A stretch of DNA of 64,000 nt from the human T2T-CHM13v2.0 reference genome, Homo sapiens. Shown here piece by piece: positions 27,896 to 39,712 of the stretch. The translations under genes and the position numbers were made by a program. The notes beneath the pieces were generated by a model. The model had not been told where the DNA came from. It did not search any database and saw only the letters and a program-made list of their open reading frames with translations. Position 1 is the first letter of the stretch, and each line of letters starts with the position of its first letter. Location of the stretch: assembly GCF_009914755.1 (NCBI RefSeq), contig NC_060936.1; one strand, written 5' to 3'.

Positions 27896-29199
27896 TGATA
27901 AGCTTTGGCTGTGTCCCCACCCAAATCTCAACTTGAATTGTATCTCCCAGAATTCCCAAGTCCCAAGCCTAAGGACTTGCTTCCCTTTGTCCCAGCTGCT
28001 CCACTCGTGGCTGAAAGGGGACAATGTAGAGCTTAGGCTGTGGTTTCAGAGGGTGGAAGCCCCAAGGCTTGGCGGCTTCAACATGGTGTTGAGCCTGTGG
28101 GTGCACAGAAGTCAAGAATTGAGGTTTTGGAACCTCTGCCTAGATTTCAGAAGATGTATGGAAAGGCCTGGATGCCCAGGCAAAAGTTTGCTGAAGGGGC
28201 GGGGCCCTCATTGAGAACCTCTGCTAGGGCAGTGCAGAAGGGAAATGTGGGGTTGGAGCACCCACACAGAGTCCCTACTAGGGTACTGCCTAGCAGAGCT
28301 GTGAGAAGAGGGCCATCGTCCTCCAGACCCCAGAATGGTAGATCCACCAACAGTTTGCACCACGTGCTTGGAAAAGCTGCAGACACTCTGTGCCAGCACT
28401 TGAAAGCAGATAGGAGGGAGGCTGTACCCTGCAAAGCTACAGGGGCAAAGCTGCCCAAGACCATGGGAACCCCACCTTTTACATCAGCGTAACCTGAATG
28501 TGAAACCTGGAGTCAAAGGGACATCATTTTGGAGCTTTAAAATTTGACTGCCCTGCTGGATTTTGGACTTGCATGGGCCCAGTAACCCCTTTGTTTTGGC
28601 CAATTTCTCCCATTTGGAATGGCTGTATTTACCTAATACTTGTACCCCCATTGTATCTAGAAAGTAACTAGCTTCCTTTTGACTTTACAGGCTCATAGGT
28701 GAAAGGGATTTGCCTTGTCTCAGATGAGACTTTGAGCTGTGGACTTTTGGCTTAACACTGAAATAAGACTTTGGGGTGCTGTTGGGAAGGCATGATTGGT
28801 TTTGAAATGTGAGGACATGAGGTTTGGAGGGACCAGGGGCAGAATGATATGGTTTGGCTGTGTCCCCACCAAAATCTCAACTTGAAATTTATCTCCCCGA
28901 ATTCCCAAGTGTTGTGGGAGGGACACAGGGGGAGGTAATTGAATCACAAGGGCTGGTCTTTCCTGTGCTATTCTCATGATAGTGAATAAGTCTCATGAGA
29001 TCTGATGGGTTTAGTAGGGGTTTCTGCTGTTGCTTCTTCCTCATTTTTCTCTTGCTGCCGCCATGTAAGAAGTGCCTTTTGCCTCCTGCCATGTTTCTGA
29101 GGCCTCCCCAGCCATATAGAGCTGTAAGTCCGATTAAACCTCTTTTTGCTCCCAGTTTCAGGTATGTCTCTATCAGCAGCATGAAAATAAACTAATACA
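27896..29199 (+). mobile_element. THE1A-like MaLR provirus, internally deleted, with 5-bp TSD
   Basis: TSD GATAG at 27891-27895 and 29200-29204; 5' LTR stub 27896-~27961; internal sequence to 28844 ending in a polypurine tract; complete 355-bp 3' LTR 28845-29199 (TG...CA). Confidence 0.93.
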
Positions 29200-29204
29200 G
29201 ATAG

Positions 29205-30027
29205 CAAAGGTTTAATTTAAAAGGCCTAAGCTATAACGATCTCTATAAATCAGTAAAAAGGGTAGACACACTAACAAGTCAGAAAGTACATCAACCAATC
29301 AATTCATGAAAGCAAAACTATAAAAGCTAAAAAGCATATGAAAAAAGTTAAACTATTGTAAATAAAGAAATGCAACGAAAATATATATATATTTTCTTCT
29401 CAAAATTGTCAAAGATTTAGGTCTGATAATGGCTAGCAATAGGGAAGGGCAGAGCATGTGGTCTTCTCCCATACTACTAGTAGGAGTATGAACTAGTATA
29501 ACAAATGTGAATTGGCTAACCTCACAGTGGCAATTTAGCAAATACTTTTACCAATCAAGTCATCAGTTCCTCTCCTAAAACTTTAACCTAAGGAAAGAAT
29601 CAAAGACACACAGATTTATGTCTAAGATCATCATTGCAGAATTACAGGTAAAATAGAAAGAACTTAAACATCCAACAACAAAGATCCAATTAAATAAAGT
29701 TATATGTAATTTTACAATGGATTATTCTTCAACTGTGAATGTCATGTCTTTGAAAAATTTGTAAAATATTTCAAGATCAGAGAAGTTAGAAAATAATATG
29801 TTGCTAAATGAAAAAAAAATATGGATGGTATTAATTATAATTCCATGTTGGTGTGTATGTATGTGTGCATGTGTGTGTGTAAATGTGTGTGTCCAAAGAA
29901 AGAAAAACTAAAATGATATAAAGTCAAACATTACCAATATAACAGTAATTATCTCTAAGAGTTGGGATTAGGTGTTTATTCGTCTTCGTGCTTTTCTACA
30001 TTTGCCAAATTTTCTTCAATGAACATG
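29205..30027 (+). mobile_element. L1ME-type 3' fragment
   Basis: TCTCCCATACTACTAGTAGGAGTATGAACTAGTATAAC...GGCAATTTAGCAA...TTTTCTACATTTGCCAAATTTTCTTCAATGAACATG. Confidence 0.65.
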
Positions 30028-30360
30028 TAGGTAGTTGTCATTCCTACTGACCATATATTTTTAGCTCCCCAGCTTCTAGGCACATAGGAAGAGTCCACTT
30101 TCTGGCCTCCTTCTGTTTGGGTAAGGCCATGTGACTAGTTTTGGCCAATGAGTTGTGAGTATAAATGTCATGTGTCACTTCTGAGCTGTAGCATTTAAAT
30201 GACATGCTATCTTACATGGCAAGCAGAGAAGAATTTATTGCCCCAAGGTGGACATATAGTATAAAAGAAAAATAAACATATTTGTCTTTGTTTGCTTTCA
30301 AGATCACTGAGATTTGGGAGTTGTTTGTTACCACAGCACAACCTAGCTTACCCTGACTGA
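30027..30360 (+). mobile_element. MLT1I-like LTR
   Basis: GGCCATGTGACTAGTTTTGGCCAATGAG...GTGTCACTTCTG...CACTGAGATTTGGGAGTTGTTTGTTACCACAGCACAACCTAGC. Confidence 0.75.
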
Positions 30361-30372
30361 AAAAAAAAAGTG

Positions 30373-30713
<341 letters not shown>

Positions 30714-30755
30714 TAAGAACAATTTATGCACTGCTGATCTTAAAGACACCTTAGG

Positions 30756-31020
30756 CGCCAGGTGCAGAGGTTCATGCCTGTAATCCTAGCACTTTAGGAG
30801 GCCAAGGCAAGCAGATCACTTAAGCTCACGAGTTCCAGAACAGCCTGGGCAACATGGTAAAGCCCTGTCTCTACAACAAAATTACAAAAAATTAGCTGGG
30901 TGTGGTGGCATGCACCTGTAGTCCCAGCTTCTCAGGAGGCTGAGGTGGGAGAATCACCTGAGCCCAGGGAGCTGAGGCTGTAGTGCATTCTAGCCTGGGT
31001 GATGGAGTGAGGCCTTGTCT

Positions 31021-31052
<32 letters not shown>
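30756..31052 (+). mobile_element. AluJ with small right-arm deletion and TSD
   Basis: TSD AAAGACACCTTAGG / AAAGACACTTTAGG; long A tail. Confidence 0.93.
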
Positions 31053-31054
<2 letters not shown>

Positions 31055-31379
31055 CACTTTAGGATCTTGAAACATTTAAATGTTTTCACTATAAAAGAAA
31101 AATTTTCCTTATCCCAGACTAACTGTTCATAAAGGTTCACCTGCTTAATATGCCTAGAATTCCTCCACTGAGGCTGGTATGGGTGGCAGTGCAGTACAGG
31201 GACAGCAGCCCCAGCTCTAAAGGGAAATGGGACCTGGGTTTGAAACCTTGTTGTGCCATTTACAAGTTGTGCAAACCTGAGCCAACACCTTCATCCCTCT
31301 GGGTCTCAGATCTTCACAGGCATATCTGGGGATCTGGTCCTCTCTGTAAGAATTGGTAAGAAGATGGAATGCTATGTAC

Positions 31380-31505
31380 AAGGGATAACCACATAATTTG
31401 TTGTCCAAAGGGTGGCACTTTGAGAAGTGAATGTTATTACTCTTCTGGGACAATGGATGTACACAGTAAAACGTCTTGGGAAAACCTGGACATAAAGTCA
31501 TCCTA
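31380..31505 (+). mobile_element. MER94-like hAT-Blackjack MITE
   Basis: AGGGATAACCACATAATTTGTTGTCCAAA..GGCACTTTGAGAAGTGAA...GTCATCCTA. Confidence 0.6.
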
Positions 31506-31507
31506 GA

Positions 31508-31670
31508 TCAGAAGTTCTCTATCTTGGTTGTACAATAGAATCACCTGGAAAACTCTGGCTCCCACCCTCAGAGATCTTCATGTAATTGATCTAGGGTATG
31601 CCTGGGCATTATGAATTTCAAAACTCTTTGAGTGACTCTGACATTCAGCCATAGTGGAGAACCACCATCC
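31508..31670. mobile_element. MER5-type MITE
   Basis: TAGAATCACCTGG...CCCACCCTCAGAGAT..TAATTGATCTAGGG...CAGCCATAGTGGAGAACCAC. Confidence 0.75.
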
Positions 31671-31884
31671 TTAACATACATGAAGCCAAGCTCATGGTGA
31701 GTTCTATCAGTGTTAATTGTCATTACTATTATTATCACATGTTATTATTACTGGAGAGAATGACATGTATAATGCTGAGCCTATTTTAAAGATTTTGTTA
31801 GCTATTACTATAATTAACAATCATAATTTTAAAAGAGAACATTCCAGTGGGTGGTATCTTGCCAATTACTATGGGCTTGGCTTA

Positions 31885-32450
31885 GAATAGTGGGATTTGA
31901 TTGAGGTGATTTTGCCCCAGGAGATATCTAGCAATGACTGAAGACTTTTTTTTTTTTTTAAGAACAAAGGTCTTACTCTGCTGCCAAGGTTGGAGTGCAG
32001 TGGCACAATCATGGCTCTCTGCAGCCTCAAATACAGGGGCTCAAGCAATCCTCCTTCCTCAGCCCCCTGAGTAACTGGGACCACAGACACGTGCTGCTAT
32101 ATGCAGCTATTTTTTAAATGTATTTAGGTATTTTTTATTATTATTAATTTTTTTACAGAAACAAGATCTTTCTATGCCCCCAGGCTGGTCTCAAACTCCT
32201 GGCCTCAAGCAATCCTCCCACCTTGGCCTCTCCAAGTGCTGGGATTACAGGTGTGAGCCACATGCCCAGCTTGGAGACATTTTTTAATTGTCAAAATTGG
32301 CAGGTATAGGGAGAGTGACGCTCCTGGCATCTAGAGAATAAAAATCAGTGATGCTGCTAAAAATCCTACAATTCCCAGGGCAGCACCCCACAACAAAGTA
32401 TTATTACCTGGCCCCGAATGACAATAGCACCAAGAGAGAACCCTTGCTTT
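31885..32450 (+). mobile_element. MER20 split by an Alu
   Basis: GGTGATTTTGCCCCAGGAGATATCTAGCAATG before the Alu; CTGGCATCTAG...GATGCTGCTAAAAATCCTACAAT after it. Confidence 0.8.
31946..32270 (-). mobile_element. AluJ
   Basis: Antisense dimer with an expanded AT-rich linker. Confidence 0.9.
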
Positions 32451-32997
32451 AGAAGTTGGAATAGAGAGAGACTCTTGAACTAAAAAGTCATGTCAGAAAC
32501 TCAGGAACAGCCTTTGTAGTCTTGCCCTTGTGTTACCATTGCCCTTTGCCAGCTCTCAGAGGAGAAACAAGCCCCTGCGGCCTGTCCTGGGTTGCACGGT
32601 CAGCATCCCACTTAAAACTCCTCATGGATCCAGATCATCACACACCAGGTATGTACTCAAGATTGCCTTTCAACTTGGAGAAGCTCTTCAAAAGTCTTGG
32701 CATCCTCCAGTGCTGGAAGTGTTTATAAGAGACTTCCTCAGGAAAGAAAGGCCACGCAGGGAAAAGCAGAAACAGATTTCATTCTCTGGCTAACTTCCAC
32801 CGGGCACCTCAAAGAGGTTCACTAGCACCTTAGTCATGGAAAAGGAACGTTTGAGAGAAGGGAAGGGGGAAAAGCTGAATTTGTGCCATTGCAAAGAGGC
32901 CTGCACTGAGGGTCAGGCCAGGCTGTGGTCTGCTGAAAGAGAAGGAAGGGAGGGAGAAAAGAAGCAAGGGAGCAAGGAGAGAGCAAGCAGGGGGAGG

Positions 32998-33266
32998 GAG
33001 GATAGATAGATGAATGAAAAGATAGATGACTGGGAGGGTAGATGGACTAATGTATGAATGGGTCAGTGGGGAGGTAGGCGAATAAATGAATGGATGGCTG
33101 CAAGGATGGATGGATGGATGGGTGGATGGATGCATGGAAAATTGAATGAGAGAAAGGAAGGAAAGATGAATGAATGAATCAATCAATCAATCAATCAATC
33201 AATAATATATGGGAGGGTGGATGGATATGTGGGTAGGTAGTTGATGAGTGGATGAATGGGTGGATT
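32998..33266. repeat. (GATG/GAAT/CAAT)n degenerate tetranucleotide tract, copy 1
   Basis: Visible GGAT/GAAT units and (AATC)6. Confidence 0.9.
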
Positions 33267-33364
33267 CATCTCAATCAAAGCCATTATATCTCCAGATAAG
33301 ATTGCAAACTGGTGACTCCTTAGCTACATATGGCAGCTAGCATGCTTTTTTGCCTTTACTGGGC

Positions 33365-33560
33365 TCAATCAGTACTTTTACACAAGGCTGTTTGTCTTGG
33401 CTACACACTAGAATCACCTGGGAAACTTACAAAACTCCTGCTGCTCAGGTGCCATCTCCCATACCAGTCATATTCACCATCTCCGGGGATGGCACCCTGC
33501 ATTAGTGTTTTCCAAAAATCCACACTTGATTCACATGGCAGCCAAGCTTGAGGATCAGTT
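33365..33560. mobile_element. MER5A-type MITE inside a MER102-like relic
   Basis: TGGCTACACACTAGAATCACCTGGGAAACTT...GATTCACATGGCAGCCAAGCTTGAGGATCAGT. Confidence 0.7.
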
Positions 33561-33949
33561 TAAATTCAAAAGAAAATGAAACTAGGTTACTGTGCTTCAT
33601 CAAAACACCTGTAGCTGCTTAACCCTTGTCTCATGGTCCTTTTCATCCATTGAAGTTACTTGCCTAGCCTTGGTATCTAAATTTGTCTCCACAAACTTTG
33701 ATGTCAAACTTGGATTGATATCTGCCCCTGCCAAAAGACTATGTGACCTTGGCCAAGTGGTTTAGCTGCCCTATGCCTCAGTTTCTCCATCTACAAAATG
33801 GGACCCATGACAGTAAGGGTAAACAGCTTATAGAGTTTCACAAGAAGTAAATAAAATAATGTCTTACACTTTGTAAGCACTTGACCAGTGAGAACTACTA
33901 TGACTGCTATTATGAATACAATACCTCTCAATTCATAGAGATCATTCCT

Positions 33950-34420
33950 AATCATGAATAGCATATATTGATCTGCCTTTTGTGCAAGGAATTATTTTAA
34001 CAGATTTTATATGTATTAACTAATTTAATCCTTGTAAAACCTCAATGAGTTAGGTATTGTGATTATTCCCATTTTTCAGATGAGGAAACTGAGGCATAGA
34101 GAGGATGAGTCATTGCATATCAGACACTAGCTATGAATGAATAAATGGCTGCAAGGATTGATGAATGGGTGGATAGATGAATGGATAGGGATGGATGGAT
34201 AGATGGACGGATGGGTGGATGAGTGGCTGGATGAGTGGTTGGATGGGTGGGTGGATGGTGGGTGGTTAGGTAATAAATTAAGTAAGAGAAAAGAAAGAAT
34301 GATGAATCAATGAATGAATGAATGAACCAATGAATGATATATGGGAGGATGGATGGGTATGTGGGTGTCACCAGTTAGTCCTAGTGAAGTGGTGACTTGA
34401 GCCCATGTCTGGCTGTTGTT
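33950..34420 (-). mobile_element. MIR split by a GATG tract
   Basis: ATTCCCATTTTTCAGATGAGGAAACTGAGGCATAGAGAGG before the tract; GTCAC...TTGAGCCCATGTCTGGCT after it. Confidence 0.8.
34133..34366. repeat. (GATG/GAAT)n degenerate tract, copy 2
   Basis: Visible GGAT/GAAT units. Confidence 0.9.
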
Positions 34421-35499
34421 CCTAACCAAACTATTCTCTCCTCTTCACTTCACCACCTCTGCCTCACTGCATAGAACTCACACAGTCCACCCGTCACTGT
34501 TCCAGTGGGAAAGACAGTCTTACCACTAGATAGCTAAACGATGGCTATTTGTCCGACTTCAAATCCTGAGATCTCCCCTGCTGTGCTCTGTGTTGGTATC
34601 CTTTGAAGTGAACACAGACCCCTTATGTCTTTAAGGATTTCTCTAATTTTCAGAGCTTTCATTAACTTTTAAATGCTTCTAAGAGGTAGTCTCTAGTGAG
34701 AAGTCATTCATTCGTTCACTCATGCAAGGAATAGTTACGAAGCACACACTCTGTGCTAGATACTGTGCTGGGTTCTGAGGGCATATTGTGAGTGAAAAGG
34801 ACGTATCCCTTCTCTTAGAGGAGGCTGGTGGTCGACCAGGAGTCAGTGGAACACGTTGCAAGGCTGGAATATGGACTGTAGGGGAGTGACTTGTAGAAAT
34901 CCAAGAGCAGAGAGATAGTCCTCCAAAGCACCAGCCTTCTACTCTTGATCAACCACCCCTACATCACAACTACACCAGTATTCACCGCAACTCTGACATG
35001 TGGCACCTTCTGCTCAAGGCTGGCAGTCCCCACATAGGCCTCATACCCAATCCACTGCAGAGGGAAAGAAAGAGGGGTTCTCTGGCATCTTTATTTTTCC
35101 TTTAGGAAATGTATGAAATTTCCTTTACGAAATTGCCAAAACAACATAAAAGAAAAAAAGAAAAGAAAACCACCTTTAGTTGCACTACCAAACCTAACTG
35201 CCTTAGGGCCATTCCCTCCCAACCTTTGTTCACCGTATATTTGGTCTCACGGTGCTGGGGAAAAATCAAACACGCCAGATTTCTTTTGTCTTGAGATGTA
35301 TCTGTTGTATCGATTTAGCAGTGTTACTTCCCTCTCCAAGCCTCTGGTTTCTCCTTTGCAGAACAGAGCCAATATTCTCTTCCTATCTTGCAGGAGTGTT
35401 TCATAGAAAGTTTGAAAGAAAATACGTATTTGTTCAATTTCTGGTGCATAGCAGGCATGCTATACATGCCTTCAGTTATTCCCAATTTTAGAGGTTTAG

Positions 35500-35720
35500 A
35501 GGAAAGCATAGCCAAGCCTGGGTCCACGTCCTAGTTTCTCTACTTGCCAGCTGTGGGACTTTGGGTGAAACAACCTCCCTGAGTCCCAAATTCCACATCT
35601 GTGTCCTGGGGATGACAGTGCCTATCTCCACATTATTGTGAGAACTAAATGAAATAAGCCTGGTATGCAATAGGCTCTTTAAAACTAGCAGGCGTTATTA
35701 TGGTTGTTATTATTACTGTT
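35500..35720 (+). mobile_element. MIR
   Basis: GCCTGGGTCC...CAGCTGTGGGACTTTGGG..ACCTCCCTGAGTCCC...TTGTGAGAACTAAATGAAATAA. Confidence 0.75.
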
Positions 35721-36224
35721 AATATTATTTCACGCAAATATTTACATCTCAACATTTAATGCCAGCAAAAGAGCCATATATCATTCAAATCACCATGAAC
35801 CGATCCAGGCCCTGGGGTCCTATGGCTCATTCAAGAGGGAGGACCTCTAAGAGAGTATAAATAGATCTCATTTTTGCAAATTTTTTAAGAATAATGACCA
35901 CGGGAACATTTTGCAAGGTCCCAACTCAGGGCCCGAGAATAGGCTCTTGCAAATGTGAGGTCCTCAAACTTAAGCTTCATTAGCTTTAAGGGAAGTCTGC
36001 TTCTGACCTGAGGTTTTTTTTTTGTTTTTTTTGTTTTTTTTGTTTTTGGTGGGGAGCAGAGGGGTGTTGCAGGCTTGAGGAAGAAAAGAGCCCCAACTGT
36101 GGGTCTTTTCCTTTACAACTTTGCCAGTCTGTTATTAAACAGCCTATCAAGAGTCCCTCACTCTCACCCCTTAGGTTTTCACTGGTATTAGGCAAGAGGT
36201 ACCCACTCTGCCTCCCTCTTTTCC

Positions 36225-36745
36225 TTCCTCCCCCACCCCAAGCACCCCCCCACACCCCCAGCCCCCCTACCATTCCCTGAGACTTGACTGGCTCCGAAGG
36301 TTCCAGACAGAGGAGCTAAACATGTTATCCGACAGACTAGCAAGACACAAAAGGCGGCAGGAATCAAATAAAAGGAAAACGCAGCAGCCACAGGTCAGTC
36401 CTGTATAAATATTTATGCTGGAGGAAAAGTTGGTGCCTGAGTAATGACCTTGTGGCTGGTATTAATAGAGATAATGTGTGTCTCTAGAACATGCCGCCAG
36501 AAAGAGAAAGGGGGTGGGTGAGGGGGAGGGGGAGGTAGAGCCAGAGCAAGAGCTGGGGAGGCTATAAATCTTCGTGCCAAGCCCAAGCCCCAGCTGACCT
36601 TTATACCTCTCTCTCCCTTTCCCTCCAGCGACACGCTCCCCTTGCCCCCTCCCAGTCTGCATCTTCAAATCCATTTTCCCTCCTTGGCCATCACGTCTCC
36701 AGGCAGGCGCTTACTCTCTGGGTATCAGCCATCTGGTGGGGATGA
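36225..36745. promoter_or_regulatory. Candidate cis-regulatory element (motif-based only)
   Basis: Repeat-free; palindrome ATAAATATTTAT, AGGTCA/TGACCT half-sites, G4 motif, TATAAA, and a CTCF-like CCACCAGATGGCTG on the - strand. Confidence 0.4.
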
Positions 36746-36879
36746 GTGGTGTCGATTTGGGTGGCTTGGTACCATACTGGGTACACCCTTGGGTATTTAA
36801 TAAAGGTTCAGGGCCATGAATTGACTGAGCCATGCATGGAAGGAACCCAGCCTCTGTTGCCTCCAAGACAGGCCCGATT

Positions 36880-37815
36880 TTGTCTTTTAATGGCTTCCTT
36901 GTCTTCCTCGCCCTTCTCCAATCCAACCAGACTCCACTCTGTTGCAGCTAAGAGGAACTTCCCAAATGCAAATCTGACTCCTGCCAAAATGCCCTCAGTA
37001 GCTCCTGTGGTCTTGAGATCAAATCCAAACTCCTTAACACAGCCTGTAAAAGGCTTCGTGGCCTGGGTCCTGCTCACCTTTTCAACTTATTTCTCACACT
37101 CTCTATCCCTCGATGACTGCCCTCCCCAGCAATACTAAATTGATCCCTTTCATATCCAGATCATTGCACAGTTTCTTCCCCCTACCATGCCTTCTCTGTG
37201 CTTCCTTAATTCTTTGTTTGTTTTGTTTTTTGAGACAGGATTTCCCTCTGTCGCCCAGGCTGCACTGCATCTGTGGGATTATGGCTCACTGCAGCCTCCA
37301 CCTCTCAGGCTCAAGAAATCTTCCCACCTCAGCCTCCTGAGTAGCTGGGACTACAGGCATGAGCCACCACACCTGGATAATTTTTAATTTTTTGTAGAGA
37401 TGAGGTCTCACTATGTTGCCCAGGCTGACCTCAAACTCCTGGGCTTAAGCAATCCTCCAGCCTCTGACTCCCGAAGTGCTGGGATTATAGGTGTGAGCCA
37501 CCACACCTGACCTCTCTATGCTTCTTAATGTGGCTATTTTGTCTGCATCTCATAGGTTTCTCTGGGGTCACACTCCTTCCTCCAGGAAGCCTTCCTTGCA
37601 TTAGCTGCTCCTTTTCTCTGCTCCCATGGCACCCTGTGCCTCTCACCATTACTCCCCTTATCCTGCTGAAGAGGCACTGTCATTTCACTTGCTGCTGCCA
37701 TTCCTTCAAGACTCTGGGTACCATAAGAGCAACAAGCTGACATCAATTGCTACATCCACACACCTAACACAAAGCCAGGCAGAGAGTGGGTGCTCAGGAA
37801 ATGTTTGTCAAATGA
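36880..37815 (+). mobile_element. L2 fragments interrupted by an Alu
   Basis: CTCCAATCCA..ACTCCACTCTGTTGCAGC...AAATCCAAACTCCTTAAC...TCCTCCAGGAAGCCTTCC...GTGCTCAGGAAATGTTTG. Confidence 0.7.
37211..37512 (-). mobile_element. AluJ with TSD
   Basis: TSD TCTCTGTGCTTCCTTAAT / TCTCTATGCTTCTTAAT. Confidence 0.92.
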
Positions 37816-38884
37816 GCCACAGGGACAGGACCATACTCTCTTTCTGCTGGGCTCAGACTTCCCCTTCTTGGACACAAGAAAGCAGAAGCCCTAACATCTG
37901 GAAAAGGCCCCACCTTCATCCAGGACATGGGAACCCAGGATTTCTCTCCTTTCTTCGACTGCTGGGTGGAACTCCCATTCAGAGGCAGGTTTCCCAAGGT
38001 TGGGCAGGAGACGGCCCCCTTCTGCACACTAAATAAAGGAAAGAAATGGCAAAGAAGAGAAAAGCCAGCTGTGATCAAAGGGCTTCAAAGGCATCATTCC
38101 AACATGAAGATACCAACACAAGGATCTGGATCTTAAGATGTAAAAGAAGATGGAGTTCAAGCCACAACTTCTTGGAAGCCGAAGAGGTCTCCCAGGGCAG
38201 GGAGCCACAGAGTGAGACGTTCCTGGAGGAAACTTGAGGCCTGGAGCCACTGCACCCTCCGCCCCTTCCTGAAACAAATTCTGATTTCAGATTTTTAGTA
38301 CTTCTCTGCCTGAAACCATAGTGGAAGAATCTGTCCTTTGAACGCCCTGGTCTCTGCGCTCCTGGGCTGATTAAGGTCTGTCTGTACTATGTAAGGCCGG
38401 AAGAAGCCGAGCAGCATCGAGCACCTCTGCATGCCTGCCCTGAGCACACGTTGTTTCCTTTCATCTTCAAGATGCCCCCAGAGCATAGGAAACATTGTGC
38501 CTATTTTCCACATGAGGCAGCTGAGGCTGGTAAGGATCACAGCCTAAATTCAACCCCGGATGGTGTAACACCAAGTCCAAGAAGCTCTTTCTTCTCAAGT
38601 ATCCTGCCCTGCCATTTAGAATATGCATGCCCCATTGGACACCACCTCTGACTGTCACCCCACCTCTTTATTCCGTCTCCCCAGTCCCAACCACCCTAAA
38701 ACCACATACCAAGCTGATGGTCCATACTTGTTGTATCCTTAGACCTGGCTGGTCTGACTAGGCCCATTGACTGTGACATGGGATAAAAAGCAAAGCTAGA
38801 GGCTGCAGGGTGAGCCCCTGAAGAAGGGCACTTCCCCACTGTGTGACCTTAAGTACTTCTCTGAAGAAGGCTGCAAAGGCAAGG

Positions 38885-39370
38885 AGATGCTTGTACGCCT
38901 ATGCTCATTATAGCAGGATTCACAATAGCCAAGAGGTGGAAACAGCCCAAATGTCCATCAACTGATGAATAGATAAACAAAATGTGGTCTATCCATACAA
39001 TGGACTATTATTCAGCCTTGAAAGAAAGGAAAGTCTGCTATATGCAACAACATAGATAAAACTTGAAAGTATTGTGCTAACAGAAAGAAACGGACATTGA
39101 AAGGTCAAATCATATGATTCCACTTATATGAGACACCTAGAGTAGTAAAATTCATAGACATAGAAAGTAAAACAGTGGTTGCCAAGGGCTAGAGGGAGGG
39201 GAAAAAGGAGAGTTATTATTTAGCAGGTACAAAATTTCAGTTTGGGAAGATGAAAAAGTTCTGGAGATGAATCGTGGTGATTGGTTGCACAACAATATGA
39301 ACTGAATTGTATGCTTAAAAATAGTTAAAATGATAGACTTTATATCTGTTACCACAATTTTTTAAAAAAG
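38885..39370 (+). mobile_element. L1MB-type 3' end
   Basis: ATTCACAATAGCCAAGAGGTGGAAACAGCCCAAATGTCCATCAACTGATGAAT...TGAAAAAGTTCTGGAGATG...CTTAAAAATAGTTAAAATG. Confidence 0.9.
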
Positions 39371-39413
39371 CAATGGGAGGAGAGGCAAGAAGTAAATCAG
39401 GATACAAGAAAAT

Positions 39414-39712
39414 GGCCAGGCAGTGTGGCTCACACCTGTAATCCCAGCAGTTTGAGAGGCCAAAGCAGCAGGCCAGCTGGAGGCCAGGAGTTCAAGACCA
39501 GCCTAGGCAACATAGTGAGACCCCATCTTTGTGGAAAATTAAAAAAAAATAGCCAAGCATGGCAGCACACTCCTGTAGTGCCAGCTACTCTGGAGGCTGA
39601 GGTGGAAGATTGCTTGAGACCAGGAGTTCAAAGCTGCAGTGAGCTATGATCACACCACTGCACTCCAGCCTGGGTGATGGAGCAAGATACTGTCTTCAGA
39701 AGAAAAAAAAGA
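39414..39712 (+). mobile_element. AluJ
   Basis: Dimer with CAACATAGTGAGACCCCATC and GAGCTATGATCACACC. Confidence 0.92.

Noticed and set aside
28040-28492. 150-aa ORF
   Set aside because: Lies within THE1 internal sequence whose upstream LTR is deleted; no evidence of expression
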